A stretch of DNA of 64,000 nucleotides from Macrostomum hystrix (GCA_950097015.1 CATNEN010000029.1:7254001-7318000), one strand, 5' to 3'; shown: positions 13,065 through 27,432, counted from the stretch's first letter. The notes: generated by a model from the letters alone, not told the origin. Translations and numbers: made by a program.

Positions 13065-13624
13065 TCTGATACTATGTATAGAAATCCTCATAAATACTCG
13101 TACATCTCTTATATCTCTCGTTATATGTAAGTCTCAATTTTTTTCTGTTAGTTTTTCACTCCTAGAAACCACTTTTATTTCTAAGAAACAGAGGGGGTAG
13201 AACTACCGAGGGGGGTTTAGCAATTTTGAAAAAAAATAACGTCCGTCCTAGTATAAAAACGGACGAAAAAATGGCTTGGTAGTCCTACTGCTAAGTATCA
13301 TTTCCCTCAGCGACACGCAGTTTGTCATTTTTAGCTGGCTCTCTGGGATTCTCGGAAAATTTTATTCCACTTTCGATCAGTTGGAAAAAAAGCAAGCAAG
13401 AAAAAACTGCACGGAGCTGCATGCCGGTGGGTTTCGGAATCAATCAGAGAAAATCAAATTCGTGTCACTTCCCAGAGCGGAACGTGTCCTGCAGCTGGAA
13501 ATGCCACACAGCTTGACAGGACGCGCCGTCAAATGCAGTGTGGCCTAAAACACAAATATAATAAATACTGCCGATATTGAGCATTTCGAGTTTCATTTTC
13601 TTGCGATTCGATTTCTTATAACGG

Positions 13625-16600
13625 GGTGAGATTTGAGCAGTCTTACAGAACCGGTGAGATTTGAACAGTCTTACAGAACCGGTGAGATTTGAGCAGTCTT
13701 ACAGAACCGGTGAGATTTGAGCAGTCTTAGAGAACTGGTGAGATTTGAGCAGTCTAAGAGAACTGGTGAGATTTGAGCAGTCTTACAGAACTGGTGAGAT
13801 TTGAGCAGTCTTACAGAACCGGTGAGATTTGAGCAGTCTTACAGAACTGGTGAGATTTGAGCAGTCTTACAGAACTGGTGAGATTTGAGCAGTCTTACAG
13901 AACCGGTGAGATTTGAGCAGTCTTACAGAACCGGTGAGATTTGAGCAGTCTTACAGAACCGGTGAGATTTGAGCAGTCTCAGAGAACTGGTGAGATTTGA
14001 GCAGTCTTACAGAACCGGTGAGATTTGAGCAGTCTTAGAGAACTTGTGAGATTTGAGCACTCTCAGAGAACTGGTGAGATTTGAGCACTCTCAGAGAACT
14101 GGTGAGATTTGAGCAGTCTTACAGAGCCGGTGAGATTTGAGCAGTCTTACAGAACTGGTGAGATTTGAGCAGTCTTACAGAACCGGTGAGATTTGAGCAC
14201 TCTCAGAGAACCGGTGAGATTTGAGCGGTCTTACAGAACCGGTGAGATTTGAGCACTCTCAGAGAACCGGTGAGATTTGAGCAGTCTAAGAGAACTGGTG
14301 AGATTTGAGCACTCTCAGAGAACTGGTGAGATTTGAGCAGTCTTACAGAACCGGTGAGATTTGAGCAGTCTTACAGAACCGGAGAGATTTGAGCAGTCTT
14401 ACAGAACCGGTGAGATTTGAGCAGTCTAAGAGAACTAGTGAGATTTGAGCAGTCTTACAGAACTGGTGAGATTTGAGCAGTCTTACAGAACTGGTGAGAT
14501 TTGAGCAGTCTAAGAGAACTGGTGAGATTTGAGCAGTCTTACAGAACCGGTGAGATTTGAGCAGTCTTAGAGAACTGGTGAGATTTGAGCAGTCTAAGAG
14601 AACTGGTGAGATTTGAGCAGTCTTACAGAACTGGTGAGATTTGAGCAGTCTTACAGAACCGGTGAGATTTGAGCAGTCTTACAGAACTGGTGAGATTTGA
14701 GCAGTCTTACAGAACTGGTGAGATTTGAGCAGTCTTACAGAACCGGTGAGATTTGAGCAGTCTTACAGAACCGGTGAGATTTGAGCAGTCTTACAGAACC
14801 GGTGAGATTTGAGCAGTCTTACAGAACTGGTGAGATTTGAGCAGTCTTACAGAACCGGTGAGATTTGAGCAGTCTTAGAGAACTTGTGAGATTTGAGCAC
14901 TCTCAGAGAACTGGTGAGATTTGAGCACTCTCAGAAAACTGGTGAGATTTGAGCAGTCTTACAGAGCCGGTGAGATTTGAGCAGTCTTACAGAACTGGTG
15001 AGATTTGAGCAGTCTTACAGAACCGGTGAGATTTGAGCAGTCTTAGAGAACTGGTGAGATTTGAGCAGTCTAAGAGAACTGGTGAGATTTGAGCAGTCTT
15101 ACAGAACTGGTGAGATTTGAGCAGTCTTACAGAACCGGTGAGATTTGAGCAGTCTTACAGAACTGGTGAGATTTGAGCAGTCTTACAGAACTGGTGAGAT
15201 TTGAGCAGTCTTACAGAACCGGTGAGATTTGAGCAGTCTTACAGAACCGGTGAGATTTGAGCAGTCTTACAGAGCCGGTGAGATTTGAGCAGTCTTACAG
15301 AACTGGTGAGATTTGAGCAGTCTTACAGAACCGGTGAGATTTGAGCAGTCTTAGAGAACTGGTGAGATTTGAGCAGTCTAAGAGAACTGGTGAGATTTGA
15401 GCAGTCTTACAGAACTGGTGAGATTTGAGCAGTCTTACAGAACCGGTGAGATTTGAGCAGTCTTACAGAACTGGTGAGATTTGAGCAGTCTTACAGAACT
15501 GGTGAGATTTGAGCAGTCTTACAGAACCGGTGAGATTTGAGCAGTCTTACAGAACTGGTGAGATTTGAGCAGTCTTACAGAACCGGTGAGATTTGAGCAG
15601 TCTTACAGAACTGGTGAGATTTGAGCAGTCTTACAGAACCGGTGAGATTTGAGCAGTCTTAGAGAACTTGTGAGATTTGAGCACTCTCAGAGAACTGGTG
15701 AGATTTGAGCACTCTCAGAGAACTGGTGAGATTTGAGCAGTCTTACAGAGCCGGTGAGATTTGAGCAGTCTTACAGAACTGGTGAGATTTGAGCAGTCTT
15801 ACAGAACCGGTGAGATTTGAGCACTCTCAGAGAAACCGGTGAGATTTGAGCGGTCTTACAGAACCGGTGAGATTTGAGCACTCTCAGAGAACCGGTGAGA
15901 TTTGAGCAGTCTAAGAGAACTGGTGAGATTTGAGCACTCTCAGAGAACTGGTGAGATTTGAGCAGTCTTACAGAACCGGTGAGATTTGAGCAGTCTTACA
16001 GAACCGGAGAGATTTGAGCAGTCTTACAGAACCGGTGAGATTTGAGCAGTCTAAGAGAACTAGTGAGATTTGAGCAGTCTTACAGAACTGGTGAGATTTG
16101 AGCAGTCTTACAGAACTGGTGAGATTTGAGCAGTCTAAGAGAACTGGTGAGATTTGAGCAGTCTTACAGAACCGGTGAGATTTGAGCAGTCTTAGAGAAC
16201 TGGTGAGATTTGAGCAGTCTAAGAGAACTGGTGAGATTTGAGCAGTCTTACAGAACTGGTGAGATTTGAGCAGTCTTACAGAACCGGTGAGATTTGAGCA
16301 GTCTTACAGAACTGGTGAGATTTGAGCAGTCTTACAGAACTGGTGAGATTTGAGCAGTCTTACAGAACCGGTGAGATTTGAGCAGTCTTACAGAACCGGT
16401 GAGATTTGAGCAGTCTTACAGAACCGGTGAGATTTGAGCAGTCTTACAGAACTGGTGAGATTTGAGCAGTCTTACAGAACCGGTGAGATTTGAGCAGTCT
16501 TAGAGAACTTGTGAGATTTGAGCACTCTCAGAGAACTGGTGAGATTTGAGCACTCTCAGAGAACTGGTGAGATTTGAGCAGTCTTACAGAGCCGGTGAGA

Positions 16601-19600
16601 TTTGAGCAGTCTTACAGAACTGGTGAGATTTGAGCAGTCTTACAGAACCGGTGAGATTTGAGCACTCTCAGAGAACCGGTGAGATTTGAGCGGTCTTACA
16701 GAACCGGTGAGATTTGAGCACTCTCAGAGAACCGGTGAGATTTGAGCAGTCTAAGAGAACTGGTGAGATTTGAGCACTCTCAGAGAACTGGTGAGATTTG
16801 AGCAGTCTTACAGAACCGGTGAGATTTGAGCAGTCTTACAGAACCGGAGAGATTTGAGCAGTCTTACAGAACCGGTGAGATTTGAGCAGTCTAAGAGAAC
16901 TAGTGAGATTTGAGCAGTCTTACAGAACTGGTGAGATTTGAGCAGTCTTACAGAACTGGTGAGATTTGAGCAGTCTAAGAGAACTGGTGAGATTTGAGCA
17001 GTCTTACAGAACCGGTGAGATTTGAGCAGTCTAAGAGAACTGGTGAGATTTGAGCAGTCTTACAGAACTGGTGAGATTTGAGCAGTCTTACAGAACCGGT
17101 GAGATTTGAGCAGTCTTACAGAACCGGTGAGATTTGAGCAGTCTTACAGAACCGGTGAGATTTGAGCAGTCTAAGAGAACTGGTGAGATTTGAGCAGTCT
17201 TACAGAACCGGTGAGATTTGAGCAGTCTTACAGAACTGGTGAGATTTGAGCAGTCTTACAGAACCTGGTGAGATTTGAGCAGTCTTACAGAACCGGTGAG
17301 ATTTGAGCAGTCTTACAGAACTGGTGAGATTTGAGCAGTCTTACAGAACCGGTGAGATTTGAGCAGTCTTAGAGAACTTGTGAGATTTGAGCACTCTCAG
17401 AGAACTGGTGAGATTTGAGCACTCTTACAGAAACTGGTGAGATTTGAGCAGTCTTACAGAGACCGGTGAGATTTGAGCAGTCTTACAGAACTGGTGAGAT
17501 TTGAGCAGTCTTACAGAACCTGGTGAGATTTGAGCAGTCTTACAGAACTGGTGAGATTTGAGCAGTCTTACAGAACCGGTGAGATTTGAGCAGTCTTACA
17601 GAACCTGGTGAGATTTGAGCAGTCTTACAGAACCTGGATGAGATTTGAGCAGTCTTACAAGAACTGGTGAGATTTGAGCAGTCCTTACAGAACTGGTGAG
17701 ATTTGAGCAGTCTTACAGAACTGGTGAGATTTTGAGCAGTCTTACAGAACCTGGTGAGATTTGAGCAGTCTTACAGAGCCGGTGAGATTTGAGCAGTCTT
17801 ACAGAACTGGTGAGATTTGAGCAGTCTTACAGAACCGGTGAGATTTGAGCAGTCTTAGAGAACTGGTGAGATTTGAGCAGTCTAAGAGAACTGGTGAGAT
17901 TTGAGCAGTCTTACAGAACTGGTGAGATTTGAGCAGTCTTACAGAACCGGTGAGATTTGAGCAGTCTTACAGAACTGGTGAGATTTTGAGCAGTCTTACA
18001 GAACTGGTGAGATTTGAGCAGTCTTACAGAACCGGTGAGATTTGAGCAGTCTTACAGAACCGGTGAGATTTGAGCAGTCTTACAGAACCGGTGAGATTTG
18101 AGCAGTCTTACAGAACTGGTGAGATTTGAGCAGTCTTACAGAACCGGTGAGATTTGAGCAGTCTTAGAGAACTTGTGAGATTTGAGCACTCTCAGAGAAC
18201 TGGTGAGATTTGAGCACTCTCAGAGAACTGGTGAGATTTGAGCAGTCTTACAGAGCCGGTGAGATTTGAGCAGTCTTACAGAACTGGTGAGATTTGAGCA
18301 GTCTTACAGAACCGGTGAGATTTGAGCACTCTCAGAGAACCGGTGAGATTTGAGCGGTCTTACAGAACCGGTGAGATTTGAGCACTCTCAGAGAACCGGT
18401 GAGATTTGAGCAGTCTAAGAGAACTGGTGAGATTTGAGCACTCTCAGAGAACTGGTGAGATTTGAGCAGTCTTACAGAACCGGTGAGATTTGAGCAGTCT
18501 TACAGAACCGGAGAGATTTGAGCAGTCTTACAGAACCGGTGAGATTTGAGCAGTCTAAGAGAACTAGTGAGATTTGAGCAGTCTTACAGAACTGGTGAGA
18601 TTTGAGCAGTCTTACAGAACTGGTGAGATTTGAGCAGTCTAAGAGAACTGGTGAGATTTGAGCAGTCTTACAGAACCGGTGAGATTTGAGCAGTCTTAGA
18701 GAACTGGTGAGATTTGAGCAGTCTAAGAGAACTGGTGAGATTTGAGCAGTCTTACAGAACTGGTGAGATTGAGCAGTCTTACAGAACCGGTGAGATTTGA
18801 GCAGTCTTACAGAACTGGTGAGATTTGAGCAGTCTTACAGAACTGGTGAGATTTGAGCAGTCTTACAGAACCGGTGAGATTTGAGCAGTCTTACAGAACC
18901 GGTGAGATTTGAGCAGTCTTACAGAACCGGTGAGATTTGAGCAGTCTTACAGAACTGGTGAGATTTGAGCAGTCTTACAGAACCGGTGAGATTTGAGCAG
19001 TCTTAGAGAACTTGTGAGATTTGAGCACTCTCAGAGAACTGGTGAGATTTGAGCACTCTCAGAGAACTGGTGAGATTTGAGCAGTCTTACAGAGCCGGTG
19101 AGATTTGAGCAGTCTTACAGAACTGGTGAGATTTGAGCAGTCTTACAGAACCGGTGAGATTTGAGGCACTCTCAGAGAACCGGTGAGATTTGAGCGGTCT
19201 TACAGAACCGGTGAGATTTGAGCACTCTCAGAGAACCGGTGAGATTTGAGCAGTCTAAGAGAACTGGTGAGATTTGAGCACTCTCAGAGAACTGGTGAGA
19301 TTTGAGCAGTCTTACAGAACCGGTGAGATTTGAGCAGTCTTACAGAACCGGAGAGATTTGAGCAGTCTTACAGAACCGGTGAGATTTGAGCAGTCTAAGA
19401 GAACTAGTGAGATTTGAGCAGTCTTACAGAACTGGTGAGATTTGAGCAGTCTTACAGAACTGGTGAGATTTGAGCAGTCTAAGAGAACTGGTGAGATTTG
19501 AGCAGTCTTACAGAACCGGTGAGATTTGAGCAGTCTAAGAGAACTGGTGAGATTTGAGCAGTCTTACAGAACTGGTGAGATTTGAGCAGTCTTACAGAAC

Positions 19601-22386
19601 CGGTGAGATTTGAGCAGTCTTACAGAACCGGTGAGATTTGAGCAGTCTTACAGAACCGGTGAGATTTGAGCAGTCTAAGAGAACTGGTGAGATTTGAGCA
19701 GTCTTACAGAACCGGTGAGATTTGAGCAGTCTTACAGAACTGGTGAGATTTGAGCAGTCTTACAGAACTGGTGAGATTTGAGCAGTCTTACAGAACCGGT
19801 GAGATTTGAGCAGTCTTACAGAACTGGTGAGATTTGAGCAGTCTTACAGAACCGGTGAGATTTGAGCAGTCTTACAGAACCGGTGAGATTTGAGCAGTCT
19901 TACAGAACCGGTGAGATTTGAGCAGTCTTACAGAACCGGTGAGATTTGAGCAGTCTTACAGAACTGGTGAGATTTGAGCAGTCTTACAGAACCGGTGAGA
20001 TTTGAGCAGTCTTAGAGAACTTGTGAGATTTGAGCAGTCTTACAGAACTGGTGAGATTTGAGCAGTCTTACAGAACTGGTGAGATTTGAGCAGTCTTACA
20101 GAACCGGTGAGATTTGAGCAGTCTTACAGAACCGGTGAGATTTGAGCAGTCTTACAGAACCGGTGAGATTTGAGCAGTCTTACAGAACTGGTGAGATTTG
20201 AGCAGTCTTACAGAACCGGTGAGATTTGAGCAGTCTTAGAGAACTTGTGAGATTTGAGCACTCTCAGAGAACTGGTGAGATTTGAGCACTCTCAGAGAAC
20301 TGGTGAGATTTGAGCAGTCTTACAGAGCCGGTGAGATTTGAGCAGTCTTACAGAACTGGTGAGATTTGAGCAGTCTTACAGAACCGGTGAGATTTGAGCA
20401 CTCTCAGAGAACCGGTGAGATTTGAGCGGTCTTACAGAACCGGTGAGATTTGAGCACTCTCAGAGAACCGGTGAGATTTGAGCAGTCTAAGAGAACTGGT
20501 GAGATTTGAGCACTCTCAGAGAACTGGTGAGATTTGAGCAGTCTTACAGAACCGGTGAGATTTGAGCAGTCTTAGAGAACTGGTGAGATTTGAGCAGTCT
20601 AAGAGAACTGGTGAGATTTGAGCAGTCTTACAGAACTGGTGAGATTTGAGCAGTCTTACAGAACCGGTGAGATTTGAGCAGTCTTACAGAACTGGTGAGA
20701 TTTGAGCAGTCTTACAGAACTGGTGAGATTTGAGCAGTCTTACAGAACCGGTGAGATTTGAGCAGTCTTACAGAACCGGTGAGATTTGAGCAGTCTTACA
20801 GAACCGGTGAGATTTGAGCAGTCTTACAGAACTGGTGAGATTTGAGCAGTCTTACAGAACCGGTGAGATTTGAGCAGTCTTAGAGAACTTGTGAGATTTG
20901 AGCACTCTCAGAGAACTGGTGAGATTTGAGCACTCTCAGAGAACTGGTGAGATTTGAGCAGTCTTACAGAGCCGGTGAGATTTGAGCAGTCTTACAGAAC
21001 TGGTGAGATTTGAGCAGTCTTACAGAACCGGTGAGATTTGAGCACTCTCAGAGAACCGGTGAGATTTGAGCGGTCTTACAGAACCGGTGAGATTTGAGCA
21101 CTCTCAGAGAACCGGTGAGATTTGAGCAGTCTAAGAGAACTGGTGAGATTTGAGCACTCTCAGAGAACTGGTGAGATTTGAGCAGTCTTACAGAACCGGT
21201 GAGATTTGAGCAGTCTTACAGAACCGGAGAGATTTGAGCAGTCTTACAGAACCGGTGAGATTTGAGCAGTCTAAGAGAACTAGTGAGATTTGAGCAGTCT
21301 TACAGAACTGGTGAGATTTGAGCAGTCTTACAGAACTGGTGAGATTTGAGCAGTCTAAGAGAACTGGTGAGATTTGAGCAGTCTTACAGAACCGGTGAGA
21401 TTTGAGCAGTCTAAGAGAACTGGTGAGATTTGAGCAGTCTTACAGAACTGGTGAGATTTGAGCAGTCTTACAGAACCGGTGAGATTTGAGCAGTCTTACA
21501 GAACCGGTGAGATTTGAGCAGTCTTACAGAACCGGTGAGATTTGAGCAGTCTAAGAGAACTGGTGAGATTTGAGCAGTCTTACAGAACCGGTGAGATTTG
21601 AGCAGTCTTACAGAACTGGTGAGATTTGAGCAGTCTTACAGAACTGGTGAGATTTGAGCAGTCTTACAGAACTGGTGAGATTTGAGCAGTCTAAGAGAAC
21701 TGGTGAGATTTGAGCAGTCTTACAGAACCGGTGAGATTTGAGCAGTCTAAGAGAACTGGTGAGATTTGAGCAGTCTTACAGAACTGGTGAGATTTGAGCA
21801 GTCTTACAGAACCGGTGAGATTTGAGCAGTCTTACAGAACCGGTGAGATTTGAGCAGTCTTACAGAACCGGTGAGATTTGAGCAGTCTAAGAGAACTGGT
21901 GAGATTTGAGCAGTCTTACAGAACCGGTGAGATTTGAGCAGTCTTACAGAACCGGTGAGATTTGAGCAGTCTTACAGAACCGGTGAGATTTGAGCAGTCT
22001 AAGAGAACTGGTGAGATTTGAGCAGTCTTACAGAACCGGTGAGATTTGAACAGTCTTACAGAACCGGTGAGATTTGAGCAGTCTTACAGAACCGGTGAGA
22101 TTTGAGCAGTCTAAGAGAACTGGTGAGATTTGAGCAGTCTTACAGAACCGGTGAGATTTGAGCAGTCTTACAGAACCGGTGAGATTTGAGCAGTCTTACA
22201 CAGCCGGTGAGATTTGAGCAGTCTTACACAGCCGGTGAGATTTGAGCAGTCTCAGAGAACTGGTGAGATTTGAGCAGTCTTACACAGCCGGTGAGATTTG
22301 AGCAGTCTTACACAGCCGGTGAGATTTGAGCAGTCTCAGAGAACTGGTGAGATTTGAGCAGTCTTACAGAACCGGTGAGATTTGAG
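13625..22386. repeat. Satellite, 28-bp monomer (GGTGAGATTTGAGCAGTCTTACAGAAC[C/T]), ~310 copies, 840-bp higher-order repeat
   Basis: 8.76-kb array; blocks of variant monomers recur at exact 840-bp offsets (15841 vs 16681, 18361 vs 19201). Confidence 0.97.
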
Positions 22387-22924
22387 TTGACAACAGGAAA
22401 AACCGCGGTAGAAGTGCATGTCAAGCGCAGTAGTTAACATCCCGCGAGCAGGCAGGAAATTTGTGCCCTGTCGACTCTCATCACGCATCGTGGGGCTGCC
22501 GCAACGTTTCTGCTTCGCTGCCAACCCACTGGATTAGCTTGTGGGACTTTGAGTCGGTATCTTGGCGAAACCCATGAGGCTCATAAATGTCCCTCGTGGG
22601 CAGCAACTATTCTTAGGGGCCAGTTGTGGCAGCCTCCTTATTTCTCTCTCTTCTTTGCTCTTTCTTCTCCGTCTTATTTTTCATCCCTCGAACAGGCTCT
22701 ACAGACAGCGCCGCTGGTTCTGCTTGCTTGACCTTCTCTTTGGCCACCTCCTATTTCTTTGCCAGTTTTTCTCACTTTATTCCCACTAGGCGGGCTTCAC
22801 CTAATTAATAATTAATGAGCTGAGAAAACAGCATAGCAGTCGGTGTGCCGCTTTCTGGGAATTGAGAATGTTGAACTCTTCTAGAAGATGGGAATAGGAT
22901 AAAGCTCAGTGTGGTTCACCAAAG

Positions 22925-24897
22925 GAGAGGGATTAGACTAGCAATCCATTCTAATCCTTCTATCAACTGGAGTAGATTAGCAATCCAATCTAATCCTTCT
23001 ATCAACTGGAGTAGATTAGCAATCCAATCTAATCCTTCTATCAACTGGAGTAGATTAGCAATCCAATCTAATCCTTCTATCAACTGGAGTAGATTAGCAA
23101 TCCATTTTATTTCTTCTATCAACTGGAGTAGATTAGCAATCCATTTTAATCCTTCTATCAACTGGAGTAGACTAGCAATCCATTCTAGTCATTCTATCAA
23201 CAGGAGTAGATTAGCAATCCATTCAAGTCATTCTATCAACAGGAGTAGATTAGCAATCCATTCAAGTCATTCTATCAACAGGAGTAGATTAGCAATCCAT
23301 TCTAATCCTTCTATCAACTGGAGTAGATTAGCAATCCATTCTATTCCTTCATCCGTGGGATTAGATTAGCAATCCATTCTATTCCTTCATCCGTGGGATT
23401 AGATTAGCAATCCATTCTATTCCTTCATCCGTGGGATTAGATTAGCAATCCATTCTATTCCTTCATCCGTGGGATTAGATTAGCAATCCATTCTATTCCT
23501 TCATCCGTGGGATTAGATTAGCAATCCATTCTATTCCTTCATCCGTGGGATTAGATTAGCAATCCATTCTATTCCTTCATCCGTGGGATTAGATTAGCAA
23601 TCCATTCTATTCCTTCATCCGTGGGATTAGATTAGCAATCCATTCTATTCCTTCATCCGTGGGATTAGATTAGCAATCCATTATATTCCTTCATCCGTGG
23701 GATTAGATTAGCAATCCATTATATTCCTTCATCCGTGGGATTAGATTAGCAATCCATTCTATTCCTTCATCCGTGGGATTAGATTAGCAATCCATTCTAT
23801 TCCTTCATCCGTGGGATTAGATTAGCAATCCATTCTATTCCTTCATCCGTGGGATTAGATTAGCAATCCATTATATTCCTTCATCCGTGGGATTAGATTA
23901 GCAATCCATTATATTCCTTCATCCGTGGGATTAGATTAGCAATCCATTCTATTCCTTCATCCGTGGGATTAGATTAGCAATCCATTCTATTCCTTCATCC
24001 GTGGGATTAGATTAGCAATCCATTCTATTCCTTCATCCATGGGAGTAGATTAGCAATCCATTCTATTCCTTCATCCATGGGAGTAGATTAGCAATCCATT
24101 CTATTCCTTCATCCATGGGATTAGATTAGCAATCCATTCTATTCCTTCATCCGTGGGATTAGATTAGCAATCCATTCTATTCCTTCATCCGTGGGATTAG
24201 ATTAGCAATCCAATCTATTCCTTCATCCATGGGATTAGATTAGCAATCCATTCTATTCCTTCATCCGTGGGATTAGATTAGCAATCCATTCTATTCCTTC
24301 ATCCGTGGGATTAGATTAGCAATCCATTCTATTCCTTCATCCGTGGGATTAGATTAGCAATCCATTCTATTCCTTCATCCGTGGGATTAGATTAGCAATC
24401 CATTCTATTCCTTCATCCGTGGGATTAGATTAGCAATCCATTCTATTCCTTCATCCATGGGAGTAGATTAGCAATCCATTCTATTCCTTCATCCATGGGA
24501 GTAGATTAGCAATCCATTCTATTCCTTCATCCATGGGATTAGATTAGCAATCCATTCTATTCCTTCATCCGTGGGATTAGATTAGCAATCCATTCTATTC
24601 CTTCATCCATGGGAGTAGATTAGCAATCCATTCTATTCCTTCATCCATGGGAGTAGATTAGCAATCCATTCTATTCCTTCATCCATGGGATTAGATTAGC
24701 AATCCATTCTATTCCTTCATCCGTGGGATTAGATTAGCAATCCATTCTATTCCTTCATCCGTGGGATTAGATTAGCAATCCATTCTATTCCTTCATCCGT
24801 GGGATTAGATTAGCAATCCATTCTATTCCTTCATCCGTGGGATTAGATTAGCAATCCATTCTATTCCTTCATCCATGGGAGTAGATTAGCAATCTAT
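22925..24897. repeat. 38/39-bp minisatellite (GATTAGATTAGCAATCCATTCTATTCCTTCATCCGTGG)
   Basis: 39-bp variants on the left switch to 38-bp units at ~23340. Confidence 0.95.
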
Positions 24898-26334
24898 TCT
24901 ATGCCCCTCGTCTGGCAAATGACATGCCAAGAATGCATGCATGCAGCAAAATTTTTGAGAATATTTAACTCACCAGCTGGGGCAATTCCGTCGCAAATTG
25001 TTCTAAAACTGTCTCGCTTCTTTCGCGTCTCCTCGGTAACTATGCAGAAGTCTCCTTGCCTGGCCTGCTGTGGTGAAGTGTATAAAAATTTGGCGTTGAA
25101 GGGCGGAGCCTTGGGAAACGGACTGGCTGCCAACCCGCCGCCTCCTCCTGCTGGTTCTTTGCCTCAGCAGCCTGAGATTCCACCGCCTATTGTTTAATAG
25201 AAACCACCAGGTCGGAAGAGTGAACGGCAGGAAGAGAGACAGCAGACTGCCAATTATTCAGTAGAAACAGGACAATACAATGGAACAAGAATTTGGCTAT
25301 TGTATTTTTTTCTGCCGAATCGCAACAGAAAACAGATCTAGCTGGACCGCATATTTGAAATGATGCTTCTGACACTGACGAGTTAAACAATGACAGAAGC
25401 AGGGGGAGCTAAGACACTAGCTGACTAGACTGATCGCGGCAGCAGATCAGCGATCTCATTGTTGACAAACTCTGACAGTTTAGCGACTATGAGCTATAGA
25501 TTACCAGAGGCGCTGGCACAGTCCTGCAGAGAGAGAGAGGGGGGGAAAGAAGCTGCAGGTACTAACCCCAGTCAGCCAACTCCCGATCCTCATGGCGGAG
25601 GGGGTTGGAACTGGTTGGTATCAGAGAGGATGCGCTCGCGCAGGGACAGAGGAGGCTGGAGAAGGACAAGGCGATGAGGAGCTGGGAAAAGTCAGAGGGT
25701 GCCGCGTTAGCCCTCCCTAGGATGGGGGGGGATGAGCTGATGTAGAGAACGGGAGGATGTACTGTAGGGAGGTCTGCGGAGAGGCTAGGAGAAGGAGGAT
25801 GGGCTGGGTGTCCTTAGCTGAGCTGGATGGCACACTAGAGAGAGACGAAAATACAGGAACACAGTGTGGCTATAAACTGTTGTGAATGATGGAAGCTATA
25901 TATGCTGTTCACGCACTAACACACATGCACTCTCACACAAACACTGACACTGAGAGACAACTTTTTTTAGTGTCGAGCTAACCCAGCTAAATGCGTTTTC
26001 GGGATTTGGATTAGTCTATAGTGAAAGTGGATCAATGGGGTATAGTCGCGGCCGATTCACTCTCAATCGCGCTGCCTATCTGTGAGTGCATATACGAGTA
26101 TATATATAATAGGGGAAAATAGACAGTTGAAATAGAAGATTTCCAAGCCTTTTTAATGGCCTTTTTCTGACAGCTAAGTACTCAGAAGGGTGGGATGGGA
26201 TAGACATGTTCACGCATTACTCTCATCCCAACAACTGATTTGCTCTTCTTAGTTCCCTAAAAGAAGTTAGTAAAAATGTAGGAATAATCCTTCCCTCTGT
26301 TCCCAATGTGCTGGAACTTTCCTCGTCTCCTTGG

Positions 26335-27432
26335 AACTGGAGCAGTCTCACTCCAACTTGAGCAGTCTCACTCCAACTTGAGCAGTCTTACTCCAACTGG
26401 AGCAGTCTTACTCCAACTTGAGCAGTCTCACTCCAACTGGTGCAGTCTCACTCCAACTTGAGCAGTCTCACTCCAACTTGAGCAGTCTCACTCCAACTTG
26501 AGCAGTCTCACTCCAACTGGAGCAGTCTCACTCCAACTTGAGCAGTCTCACTCCAACTTGAGCAGTCTCACTCCAACTTGAGCAGTCTCACTCCAACTTG
26601 AGCAGTCTCACTCCAACTTGAGCAGTCTCACTCCAACTGGAGCAGTCTCACTCCAACTTGAGCAGTCTCACTCCAACTGGAGCAGTCTCACTCCAACTGG
26701 AGCAGTCTCACTCCAACTTGAGCAGTCTCACTCCAACTTGAGCAGTCTCACTCCAACTTGAGCAGTCTCACTCCAACTTGAGCAGTCTCACTCCAACTTG
26801 AGCAGTCTCTCTCCAACTTGAGCAGTCTCACTCCAACTTGAGCAGTCTCACTCCAACTTGAGCAGTCTCACTCCAACTTGAGCAGTCTCACTCCAACTTG
26901 AGCAGTCTCACTCCAACTTGAGCAGTCTCACTCCAACTTGAGCAGTCTCACTCCAACTTGAGCAGTCTCACTCCAACAGGAGCAGTCTCACTCCAACTTG
27001 AGCAGTCTCACTCCAACTTGAGCAGTCTCACTCCAACTGGAGCAGTCTCACTCCAACTTGAGCAGTCTCACTCCAACTTGAGCAGTCTCACTCCAACTTG
27101 AGCAGTCTCACTCCAACTTGAGCAGTCTCACTCCAACTGGAGCAGTCTCACTCCAACTGGAGCAGTCTCACTCCAACTTGAGCAGTCTCACTCCAACTTG
27201 AGCAGTCTCACTCCAACTTGAGCAGTCTCACTCCAACTTGAGCAGTCTCACTCCAACTTGAGCAGTCTCACTCCAACTTGAGCAGTCTCACTCCAACTGG
27301 AGCAGTCTCACTCCAACTTGAGCAGTCTCACTCCAACTTGAGCAGTCTCACTCCAACTTGAGCAGTCTCACTCCAACTTGAGCAGTCTCACTCCAACTTG
27401 AGCAGTCTCACTCCAACTTGAGCAGTCTCACT
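26335..27432. repeat. 20-bp minisatellite (AGCAGTCTCACTCCAACTTG), ~55 copies
   Basis: Near-perfect tandem repetition. Confidence 0.97.

Noticed and set aside
13625-22386. Regular 28-bp repeats as a CRISPR array
   Set aside because: Units are contiguous with no unique spacers, there are no cas genes, and the context is eukaryotic.
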